64,000 nucleotides of DNA from Candidatus Eiseniibacteriota bacterium. Lineage in GTDB: Bacteria > Orphanbacterota > Orphanbacteria > Orphanbacterales > Orphanbacteraceae. Shown piece after piece: positions 19,607 to 27,805 of this stretch (positions are counted from its first letter, which is position 1; each line of letters begins with the position of its first letter). A program made the translations under genes and the position numbers. The DNA lies in assembly GCA_029262235.1 (NCBI GenBank), contig JAJCZU010000004.1, positions 771,330-835,329 on the forward strand, in the 5' to 3' direction. The notes beneath the pieces are model-generated. The model ran no database searches. It was not told the origin of the DNA and saw only the letters and a program-made list of their open reading frames with translations.

Positions 19607-20209
19607 ATGGAAACGAACACGAAGGCCATGCAAGGCACCCACCGAGTCACCGACGACGCGCAGCGGAAAGCGCTGACGTCGCCCATCCGGCTCGAAATCA
19701 TCGGTCATTTTACGGGGCCCGAGCCTCTCTCGGTCGCCGAGATCGGGGCGCGCATGGGGCGCCCGCCGACCGCCATCTACTATCACATCCATCAACTCGA
19801 AGAAGTCGGCCTGCTGATACGTACCGGGAGCCGCGGGAGCGGCAAGAAGGCCGAAGTTCTCTACCGCCCGATCGCCGACTATCTGGACCTTACTCCGGAT
19901 CGCGGCAATCGAGAGCATGACGCCGACACGCTCGCGACGCTCAAGGCGGCGCATCGCATGGCGGCGCGCGACATGGAAGCGGCCCTGCAGAACCAGACCG
20001 GATGCTACGACGGTGCACGCCGCAATTTCATCGCGTCCAGAATGCACGCGCGCCTGTCGCCGGAATCACTCGCCGCGGCGAACGAGCACATCGACGCCCT
20101 TTTCGAAATCTTCATGCAGGAATCATCCGCGGACGATAGCGCCGACGGCGACTTCTGTTCGTTCACGATCACACTCTTGCCTCTTCGAGGCCGTCAGGGA
20201 AGCGAGTAG
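19607..20209 (+). CDS. ArsR-family winged-helix transcriptional regulator
   Basis: HTH region 'SPIRLEIIGHFTGPEPLSVAEIGARMGRPPTAIYYHIHQLEEVGLL' is typical of ArsR/SmtB. Confidence 0.7.
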   Translation: METNTKAMQGTHRVTDDAQRKALTSPIRLEIIGHFTGPEPLSVAEIGARMGRPPTAIYYHIHQLEEVGLLIRTGSRGSGKKAEVLYRPIADYLDLTPDRGNREHDADTLATLKAAHRMAARDMEAALQNQTGCYDGARRNFIASRMHARLSPESLAAANEHIDALFEIFMQESSADDSADGDFCSFTITLLPLRGRQGSE

Positions 20210-20211
20210 CC

Positions 20212-20967
20212 ATGCCTTCGTTGCTTGATCAGCTCTTCGTTCTGTTTCTCGTTCTGCTGTTCCCGCTCTACAACTGGAACGAGGCGCGCAAAGTGAGGCG
20301 CGATATCGCCGGCGGGCTGGATCCGGCTTCGTTCGACACTGCAGGCGATTACAAAAAGGGAATCGCGATTCTCTGGGCGCTTGGAATCGCGGGCGTGGCA
20401 TTCTGGCTCATGCAGTCGAGGAGCTGGGATGCGCTCGGAATGGGTGGCGGATCGGACAGCGCGCTCCGGTGGGCGGGCGGAATCGCCGTGGCGGTTGCCG
20501 GTCTCGCGCTCACGTATCTGCAGGCCGCCCAGGTCGGGAAGAGCGACGATGCGCGGAAGCAGCTCCACGATCAGATCGGCGATCTCATGTACTTCCTTCC
20601 GAAGACGCAGAAGGAATTCTACTGGTTCAAATGGCTCTCGCTGTCCGCGGGTATCTGCGAGGAAATTCTGTATCGCGGCTTTCTGATGTGGTTCATCGGC
20701 AGTTATTTCGGCGTTCTCCCCGCGATCTTGCTGAGCTCCGTCGCCTTCGGAATCGCCCATTCCTATCAGGGGTTCGGGAACGCGGCCCAGACCGCGATTA
20801 TCGGTCTCTGGATGGCGATTCTGTTCTGGCTGACCGGCTCGATCTGGGTTCCGATGATCGCCCACTTCCTGGTCGATGTGATCGGTGGGCGCATGATCTA
20901 CGGAGTTCTGGCGCGGGATGCGCGCGGGTCCGGCGGGACGCGGATGGCTTCGCCGGGCAGCGCATGA
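20212..20967 (+). CDS. CPBP-family (CAAX protease / Abi) intramembrane metalloprotease
   Basis: Motifs EEILYRG (EExxxR), FGIAH (FxxxH) and HFLVD (H); polytopic. Confidence 0.75.
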   Translation: MPSLLDQLFVLFLVLLFPLYNWNEARKVRRDIAGGLDPASFDTAGDYKKGIAILWALGIAGVAFWLMQSRSWDALGMGGGSDSALRWAGGIAVAVAGLALTYLQAAQVGKSDDARKQLHDQIGDLMYFLPKTQKEFYWFKWLSLSAGICEEILYRGFLMWFIGSYFGVLPAILLSSVAFGIAHSYQGFGNAAQTAIIGLWMAILFWLTGSIWVPMIAHFLVDVIGGRMIYGVLARDARGSGGTRMASPGSA

Positions 20968-21860
20968 TGCTCGGGGCACCGAACACCACGCTTCGCGTCT
21001 GGCCGTTCCGCAGAACGCGCGCGATTCTCTGGCGCACGATCTCGTTCTTCGTGCTCTTCGGCGTGCTGGGCGCGGTTGTCATCGTACCCGTGGCTTCGAA
21101 ACTGGAAGACTGGAAAGCTTCATCGAGCGCGGCCGCTCATCTCTATCCTGACTTTGCCGGTCTTCTCGCGATTCTCGCGGCGACCTGGATCATGACGCGG
21201 TTCGTCGACCATCGCCCCTTCCGCACGGTCGGCTTCGCTCCGGGCACGGTCGTGCGCGACATCGCGCTCGGTCTCGCGCTCGGCGCGCTCTGGCTCACGC
21301 TCTCCGTCGGCATTGCATGGGCGTGCGGCTGGGCAACGTGGCAGGGGCGCGTGAGCATGACGGGGGGGGAGCTGCTCGAAGCGGGCGGCGCGATCTTCTT
21401 CAACGTGCTCACCCAGCAGCTGCTGCTATGCGGCTACATCTTCCAGACGATTCGCAGTCGAACGAATTTCGCGCTGGCCCTGCTTCTGTCGGCCGCTCTC
21501 TTTTCGGTTTTTCACGCCGGCGCGTTCGAAGGCGCCCTGCTTCCTGCCGTGAACGTATTCGCAGTCGGCGTCCTGTTCTGCGCCGCGTTCCAGGTCACGG
21601 GAAACCTGTGGCTGCCCGCCTCACTGCACTTCGCCTGGAACTTTCTGCTCGGTCCCGTATTCGGACTGACGGTAAGCGGAAGCGACAGCCTGGGACTCGG
21701 CTGGACCGCATTCGCGATCGAGGGCCCGGCGCTCTTTACCGGGGGTGCGTTCGGGCTCGAGGGCGGCCTTGTCGTGACCTTGACGACCGGTGCCCTCGCG
21801 GTCGCACTGCTGCTCATGCTCCACCGCGCCCGCGGGCGCATCCTGCCGGCTCCGGCGTAG
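20964..21860 (+). CDS. CPBP-family intramembrane metalloprotease (second paralog)
   Basis: ATG at 20964 overlaps the stop of the previous gene (ATGA). Motifs 'QQLLLCGY', 'FSVFHAG' and 'HFAWNFLLG'. The upstream 165 aa of the track ORF are junk. Confidence 0.65.
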   Translation: MMLGAPNTTLRVWPFRRTRAILWRTISFFVLFGVLGAVVIVPVASKLEDWKASSSAAAHLYPDFAGLLAILAATWIMTRFVDHRPFRTVGFAPGTVVRDIALGLALGALWLTLSVGIAWACGWATWQGRVSMTGGELLEAGGAIFFNVLTQQLLLCGYIFQTIRSRTNFALALLLSAALFSVFHAGAFEGALLPAVNVFAVGVLFCAAFQVTGNLWLPASLHFAWNFLLGPVFGLTVSGSDSLGLGWTAFAIEGPALFTGGAFGLEGGLVVTLTTGALAVALLLMLHRARGRILPAPA

Positions 21861-22018
21861 AGCAGGAACGCGCGGGACCACTTTCTCACGACTCCAATGA
21901 AACAGTTCGACTAGACTGGGTGGAAGACTGCCGCCGCCGACTCACCGCGCCTCGCAATCGCGGTGCTTCGCGCGCGCAATCTCGAATCGAATGACCGACA
22001 TCAAAAGGAGAAACAGAA

Positions 22019-22966
22019 ATGTCCAAAAAAATCATTGCCGTTGTGGGCGCGACCGGAGCGCAGGGCGGCGGGCTCGTACGTGCGATCTTGAGCGACGCTG
22101 GCGGCGGGTTCGCTGTGCGCGCCCTGACGCGTGACGCCAATTCGGACAAGGCGAAGGCTCTCGCAAAATCGGGGGCGGAAGTCGTTGCGGCCGACCTCGA
22201 CGACCAGGCGAGCCTCGAGGGCGCGCTCGATGGCGCGTACGGCGCCTACTTCGTGACCGCGTTCTGGGAGCACTTCTCGCCCGAAAAGGAGAAGGCCCAG
22301 GTTCGCAACATGGCCGCCGCGGCGAAGGGAGCGGGGGTCAAACACGTCATCTGGTCGACGCTCGAAGATACGCGCCAGTGGGTTCCGCTTTCGGACGACA
22401 GAATGCCGACGCTCATGGAGCATTACAAAGTGCCTCACTTCGATGCCAAAGGGGAGTCGAACAAGGTATTCACGGAGCTCGGCGTGCCGACGACGTTTCT
22501 GTTCACGTCGTTCTACTGGGACAACCTGATTCATTTCGGCATGGGGCCGAAGAAGGGCCCGGACGGCAAGCTCGCGTTCACGCTGCCGATGGCCGACAAG
22601 AAGCTGCCCGGGATGGCGGCGGAAGACATCGGAAAGTGCGCGTACGGTATCTTCAAGAAGGGGAACGATTTTATCGGGAAGAGCGTGGGGATTGCGGGAG
22701 AGCATCTGACAGGGACCCAGATGGCCGACGCGCTCTCGCAGGCGCTCGGCGAAGGAGTGAAATACAACGCCGTAACCCCGGAAATGTATCGGGGCTTCGG
22801 GTTTCCCGGCGCCGACGACCTCGGCAACATGTTCCAGGTCAAGTGCGATTTCGAAAAGGAGTTCTGCGGCGCGCGCAGCGTCGAGGTCTCGCGAAACCTG
22901 AACCCCGAGCTGCAGACGTTCGCCACGTGGCTCGATCGGAACAAAGCCGCGATCCTCGTCGATTAA
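22019..22966 (+). CDS. NmrA-family NAD(P)-binding protein
   Basis: 'IIAVVGATGAQGGGLV' Rossmann motif with NmrA-like similarity throughout. AAAAGGAGA RBS upstream. Confidence 0.75.
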   Translation: MSKKIIAVVGATGAQGGGLVRAILSDAGGGFAVRALTRDANSDKAKALAKSGAEVVAADLDDQASLEGALDGAYGAYFVTAFWEHFSPEKEKAQVRNMAAAAKGAGVKHVIWSTLEDTRQWVPLSDDRMPTLMEHYKVPHFDAKGESNKVFTELGVPTTFLFTSFYWDNLIHFGMGPKKGPDGKLAFTLPMADKKLPGMAAEDIGKCAYGIFKKGNDFIGKSVGIAGEHLTGTQMADALSQALGEGVKYNAVTPEMYRGFGFPGADDLGNMFQVKCDFEKEFCGARSVEVSRNLNPELQTFATWLDRNKAAILVD

Positions 22967-23037
22967 ACATGGCCGGCCGCTTTTTCGTATCGAGCTTGAC
23001 GCGCTGCGCGGTACTGCTGCAGTACCTGCGCTCCAGA

Positions 23038-23067
23038 TGAGGGGGAGCGGCCCCCCCTCTTTTCCTT
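23038..23067 (+). terminator. Rho-independent terminator
   Basis: GAGGGGG-agcggcc-CCCCCTC hairpin followed by TTTTCCTTT. Confidence 0.6.
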
Positions 23068-23230
23068 TACAGTTCGAGTGAAAACTGCTATCCTGCCGAT
23101 CGTTCCAGCCATTTCTCATACTCGCTGTTTTGATCCCGTCTTTCACGTTTCCCCCGAAGCCCTGTGGCGTCGGTGAAAGGCATCTATGCTGCGATTTTCA
23201 AACCTCACTGCAATGAAAGGAGCTCCCCTC

Positions 23231-24337
23231 ATGAAGCGAATGCTTACTGTGTTCGTCGTGCTCTGTATTACGGCCGCGAATGCCGGGGCGACCATGCCGC
23301 TCGGCACGGAGTCGGCCATGGATATCGACGCGATTCAGGCGGCCAAGGACGCCAACATGCTTCACAACCCGTACACCCCCGGTGCGCCGGCAGGTGGTGA
23401 AGACGTCGGCACTGCAACCGTGATTCCGGGCCTCCCGTACGTCGACGTCGGCAACACATGCGCGGCAGTCAACGATTATGTCGAGGCGTGTCCGTTCATC
23501 AATGACGGCGCCGGCGACCTCGTGTACGCCTACACGCCGGGCGCGAACGGCGCGATTACGATCGGGACGTGCAATTCGTTCTACGACACGCGAGTCTACG
23601 TGTACGAGAACGCGGTCACACCCGGATTTCCTTATGCCTGCAACGACGATGGCTGCAGCGGCCCCAATTTCCCGTTCGCCTGGCTTTCGTTCATCGAGAA
23701 CATGCCGGTCACGGCCGGAAACACGTACTACATCGTGGTCGACGGCTACAGTACCGAATGCGGCGACTATGAGCTGACGGTTGACGAATACGTTCCGCCG
23801 GCGCCTTGCGAGCCCTGTCCCGCCAACGCGATTATCGAGGGCGAACCGGATTGCGCTGATGGCTACGCGGACGACTACAACGCAGGCTGCAACTTCCCGG
23901 CAGGCAGCTCCGAGAGCTGGACGGCGCTGCCCTGCGGCGACCGGATCGATGTCTGTGGGAAGACGGGGAACGGCTACATCACCGACGGGTTCTTCAACCG
24001 CGACACGGACTGGTACCGCATTACGCTGACAGTGGCGCAGGATCTGCACATCTGTTTCTGCGCGGACTTTGCCGGTGCGGTCGGCGTGCTGGACGCCATC
24101 TGCCCGCCGATCGGAACGTACTGCTTCGAGAACAACGTGGCCGGCACGGAAATCTGCTGCGATGTTTCTCTCGGACCGGGTGACTACTATATTTTCGCTT
24201 CGACCGCCGGCTTCGGCGATCTCGGCGACCTCGTTCCCTGCGGCAGTGAATACACGCTGTCGATCACGGGGCACGACTGCCCGACCACCGCGACCGAGGA
24301 CGCGTCATGGGGCGAAGTCAAATCGATGTTCCGCTAG
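23231..24337 (+). CDS. Secreted Cys-rich protein of unknown function
   Basis: Signal peptide MKRMLTVFVVLCITAANAGA; more than 25 Cys; ends ...DASWGEVKSMFR. Confidence 0.55.
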   Translation: MKRMLTVFVVLCITAANAGATMPLGTESAMDIDAIQAAKDANMLHNPYTPGAPAGGEDVGTATVIPGLPYVDVGNTCAAVNDYVEACPFINDGAGDLVYAYTPGANGAITIGTCNSFYDTRVYVYENAVTPGFPYACNDDGCSGPNFPFAWLSFIENMPVTAGNTYYIVVDGYSTECGDYELTVDEYVPPAPCEPCPANAIIEGEPDCADGYADDYNAGCNFPAGSSESWTALPCGDRIDVCGKTGNGYITDGFFNRDTDWYRITLTVAQDLHICFCADFAGAVGVLDAICPPIGTYCFENNVAGTEICCDVSLGPGDYYIFASTAGFGDLGDLVPCGSEYTLSITGHDCPTTATEDASWGEVKSMFR

Positions 24338-24381
24338 AGTAGATACGCTGGGGAAGCGAACTCAGGGTAGAACACAGAAAA

Positions 24382-24420
24382 GAAGGCGGGCCCTTTGCAG
24401 GGTTCGCCTTCTTTCGTTTG
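24382..24420 (+). terminator. Rho-independent terminator
   Basis: GAAGGCGGGCCC...GGGTTCGCCTTC hairpin followed by TTTCGTTTG. Confidence 0.55.
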
Positions 24421-24523
24421 CAGTCAGAATCCGGTGCTGCTACGACTCATAAGGAGCCTCATGTGCTTCGCCCGGGCGTATTGCGCCGTGCAGGGGTGAA
24501 AAGCAAACGGGAGGTACGAAACG

Positions 24524-24922
24524 ATGGTTATTGGGAAAGAGCTTCGCATCGGCGCTTCAATAAAGGCGCTGATGATTCTGACACTGATGACGACTCTCGG
24601 CTGCGGAACGACGTCTCTCCGGGGCTCGTGGGTCCGGATCGACGACGAGGCGCCGCAGGGACAGACGGTCAAGATTCTCACGGAGGAACGTTTCGCGTTC
24701 GGGCTTCATGCCAGGAACGAGATTATCGCGGGCGGGGGACGCTACGTTCTCGATGGCGACTCCTACACGGAGACGATCGAGTATCACTGGATGCCGAGCC
24801 TCGTGGGGAAAACCGTCGTGTTCGATTGCGATCTGGACGGCGACATCTGGCACCATACCGGCAAGATCAAAACCGGCGGCGGCGTGCTCGTGATCGACGA
24901 AGTGTGGGAGCGGATCGAGTAG
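24524..24922 (+). CDS. Putative lipoprotein / secreted hypothetical protein
   Basis: Signal peptide with a positively charged n-region and '...TTLGC' cleavage region; 132 aa. Confidence 0.45.
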   Translation: MVIGKELRIGASIKALMILTLMTTLGCGTTSLRGSWVRIDDEAPQGQTVKILTEERFAFGLHARNEIIAGGGRYVLDGDSYTETIEYHWMPSLVGKTVVFDCDLDGDIWHHTGKIKTGGGVLVIDEVWERIE

Positions 24923-24925
24923 CGC

Positions 24926-24961
24926 AAAAAAAAGAAGGCGGGCCCGACCGGGTCCGCCTTC
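24926..24961. terminator. Hairpin terminator between convergent genes
   Basis: A8 run then GAAGGCGGGCCCG-acc-GGGTCCGCCTTC. Read on the minus strand the hairpin is followed by U8, which fits a terminator for the 25033..25650 gene. It shares its GAAGGCGGGCCC arm with the terminator at 24382. Confidence 0.55.
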
Positions 24962-25032
24962 CTCGTATTCAGACTCGAGCCGTGTGCTACGGCTTGACGC
25001 ACTTGCGTGCTACGACTTGATGAGTTTGTGCG

Positions 25033-25650
25033 CTACGACTTGACACGCGTGTACATGATTACGCCGTTCTTGAATTCCGTGCCGTCTTCCATCACTTCAT
25101 ACATCGTAACGGACGCGTGATCATCGTCGATCACTTCGCTGACGACTTTCGACGTCTTCATGGCGCCGGTCATGCCGTCAACGTACGTTCCGATCAGCGT
25201 GATCTTGTTGCAATGATCCTCGCAACCGCCTTCGCTGTACATCATCGTCGTGCTCATGTTGTCGGTCCAGATGCCCATATGCTTGCCGCTGGCGTTGTCA
25301 TAGCCCCACATGCCGTGGCCTTCGAACGGCATGCCCATCATCGTGCCGCTGTACGTTTCCATGAGATACCGGCCGCCCAGCGCGAGTTCCTGCGACGCCG
25401 TGCCCTTGCTGACCATCGGTTCGGCATCCGGAGTCATCCAGAACGTCGACTCGGTCATCCATTTGCCGACGCTTTTCGCCATCATTTCATGATGCGGGCC
25501 CGGGGTGGCCAGTTCCATCCACTTCGCCATCATGGCGTCTTCGCCGCCTTCGGCCATGGCGTGGTCGTGATCATCTCCGGCGAGAACGGGGGTAGCCAGC
25601 CATGCGGCCGTACAGAAAATCGCGCTCGCAATCAGCAGAATCCGTTTCAT
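25033..25650 (-). CDS. Secreted Met/His-rich protein (possibly DUF1579-like); candidate metal (Cu) binding
   Basis: Signal peptide MKRILLIASAIFCTAAWLATPVLA; many MxxM / HxxM / MM motifs. Confidence 0.5.
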   Translation of the reverse strand: MKRILLIASAIFCTAAWLATPVLAGDDHDHAMAEGGEDAMMAKWMELATPGPHHEMMAKSVGKWMTESTFWMTPDAEPMVSKGTASQELALGGRYLMETYSGTMMGMPFEGHGMWGYDNASGKHMGIWTDNMSTTMMYSEGGCEDHCNKITLIGTYVDGMTGAMKTSKVVSEVIDDDHASVTMYEVMEDGTEFKNGVIMYTRVKS

Positions 25651-25841
25651 TGGCAGTTCCTCCAGAAATTTGAGTGAACGATCCGTGGTCAGTTTCCGTC
25701 CTGTATAATGTAGACGGCCCGTATTCGGAGCCCCCCGAAAGGCTACCTGCCCGGGCTCCTGTGTTGCAAGCCGAAATGCGTTGACCGGAGATCGACTTCC
25801 CTTGATAGTCGAATGATCCCACTGCTGATTTCCTGGAGGTT

Positions 25842-27734
25842 TTGATGAGGTTTTTTGCTAAAGTATTTGGAATTATGCTCTTATCCGTCTTTGTCTGGCA
25901 CGCGGTCCCGTTTGCCGACGAAGCGAAGATGGCCGCGACCGAGCGGCACGAGATCGACGACAAGTTCAAATGGAACACGGCGGCGATTTTCGCATCGGAC
26001 GAAGTCTGGGAAAAGGAGCTTGCGGCGCTCACGAAAGAGGCGGCCGTTCTCAAGGATTACCAGGGGACGCTCGCGAAGTCATCGGACGCGCTGGCCGACT
26101 ATTTTCTGCTTCGCGACAAGCTCCTCCAGCGCGTCGAGATCTTGAGCATCTACGCGTCGCTCCGGTCGGACGAAGATACCCGCGTCGCGAAGTACAAGGA
26201 CATGGATACCCGCGCCGGCAAACTCTACACGAAGTTCGCCGAATGGACGGCGTGGGAAGATCCCGAACTGGCCGCGATCCCGGCTGACAAGCTGCGCGGC
26301 TTCCTGAAGAAGAACAAGCGACTTGCCTCGTATGAGTTTTCGATCGAGAATTCGATCCGGCTTCGGCAGTACACGCTTTCGCCCCGCGAAGAGGAGCTGC
26401 TCGCGATGGCGGGAACGGCGCTGGGCGCGCCCGCGGACATTGCGGGCATGATCCGGAACGCCGACTTCAAATGGCCGTCGATCAAGGACGAAGACGGGAA
26501 CGAAGTGGAGCTCACGAGCGGGCGCTTCGAAAAGTTTCGCCGGTCGAAGGACGTGCGCGTTCGCCGCGACGCCTACAATGCCGCGCTCGGAGCGTACGGC
26601 GGCATTTCGAATACGCTGGCCTCAGCGCTCGCCGGAGCGGTCGAAGGCCACATCTTCAATGCGCGGGCGCGCGGCTACGAGTCGTCGCTGCATGCGTCCC
26701 TCGCCCGGAACAACATTCCGGAATCAGTCTATCGCAACCTGATTCAGACCGTCGGCGAGAACATCGATCCCGTGCACCGGTACGTGGCGCTTCGCAAGAA
26801 AGCGCTCGGGCTCGACGAGATGCACTACGTCGACCTGTACCCGTCGATCGCGTCGAATCCGCCCGGCGGAACGCCGTATGACGAAGGTCGCAAGATGGTT
26901 CTCGGCGCGGTGGAAGTGCTCGGCGAACCGTATGTGAACGACTTGAACGCCGGTCTCGACGCGGGCTGGGTGGACGTTTACGAAAACGTGGGCAAGCGAA
27001 GCGGCGCCTACTCGCACGGCACGAAGGGCACCATGCCGTACATCCTCATGAACTACGGCGACAACATCAGTGGTGTCTTCACACTCGCGCACGAAGCGGG
27101 CCACTCGATGCATTCGCTTCTTACGGGGCGGAATCAGGAGTACGTGAACTGCGACTACTCGACGTTCGTCGCCGAAGTGGCGTCGACAGGCGTCGAAGCG
27201 CTGCTGCAGTTCAAGCTCGGTCGCGAGAGCGAAGGCGCGGGACGCGACGAACAGATCTATCTGCTCGACCACTTCATCCAGGACATGATGGGGACGATGA
27301 TCCGCCAGACGATGTTCGCCGAGTTCGAGCTCGGCATTCACGAAATGGCCGAGCGCGGCGAAACGCTGACGCCCGAGGCGATGGGCGCGTTCTACTCGGG
27401 ACTCGTCGCGAAGTACTACGGCCCCGCCATGGTCGTCGATCCGGAAACGGCGTACACGTGGGCGCGCATTCCCCACTTCTTCTATAACTTCTACGTGTTC
27501 CAGTACGCGACGAGTTATGCGGCTTCGTTCGCGATCGCCGAGAAAATCGACAAAGGGGAACCGGGCGCGGTTGACGCGTTCCTGAATCTTTTGAAAGAAG
27601 GCGGCAGCGACTACCCGATCGAGCAGATGAAGCGTGCGGGCGTCGACATGACGACGCCCGCTCCGATCGAAGCCGCCATGCGGACGATGAGCGACGCCGT
27701 CACGCGTCTTGAAAAATTGATCGAGGCTTCGTAG
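25842..27734 (+). CDS. pepF: Oligoendopeptidase F (M3B family zinc metallopeptidase)
   Basis: HEAGH zinc-binding motif with downstream E; about 600 aa PepF-like similarity throughout; N-terminal signal/TM segment. Confidence 0.8.
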   Translation: MMRFFAKVFGIMLLSVFVWHAVPFADEAKMAATERHEIDDKFKWNTAAIFASDEVWEKELAALTKEAAVLKDYQGTLAKSSDALADYFLLRDKLLQRVEILSIYASLRSDEDTRVAKYKDMDTRAGKLYTKFAEWTAWEDPELAAIPADKLRGFLKKNKRLASYEFSIENSIRLRQYTLSPREEELLAMAGTALGAPADIAGMIRNADFKWPSIKDEDGNEVELTSGRFEKFRRSKDVRVRRDAYNAALGAYGGISNTLASALAGAVEGHIFNARARGYESSLHASLARNNIPESVYRNLIQTVGENIDPVHRYVALRKKALGLDEMHYVDLYPSIASNPPGGTPYDEGRKMVLGAVEVLGEPYVNDLNAGLDAGWVDVYENVGKRSGAYSHGTKGTMPYILMNYGDNISGVFTLAHEAGHSMHSLLTGRNQEYVNCDYSTFVAEVASTGVEALLQFKLGRESEGAGRDEQIYLLDHFIQDMMGTMIRQTMFAEFELGIHEMAERGETLTPEAMGAFYSGLVAKYYGPAMVVDPETAYTWARIPHFFYNFYVFQYATSYAASFAIAEKIDKGEPGAVDAFLNLLKEGGSDYPIEQMKRAGVDMTTPAPIEAAMRTMSDAVTRLEKLIEAS

Positions 27735-27805
27735 TCGGCGACAGATCCGATCGGCTATGGTAACTTGAAGGGAGTCGAACCACCGTTCGGCTCCTTTCTT
27801 TTTGG

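Noticed and set aside
20469-21860. 463-aa N-terminally extended version of the second CPBP gene, and the 613-aa extended version of the kinase gene (52121..)
   Set aside because: The extensions are Arg-rich and overlap the upstream genes entirely. In-frame ATGs at the ATGA junctions give proteins of canonical length.
23198-24274. 358-aa minus-strand ORF opposite the Cys-rich secreted protein gene
   Set aside because: Arg/Val/Ala-rich with no signal or motifs. The plus-strand gene has a signal peptide, a terminator and an RBS context.
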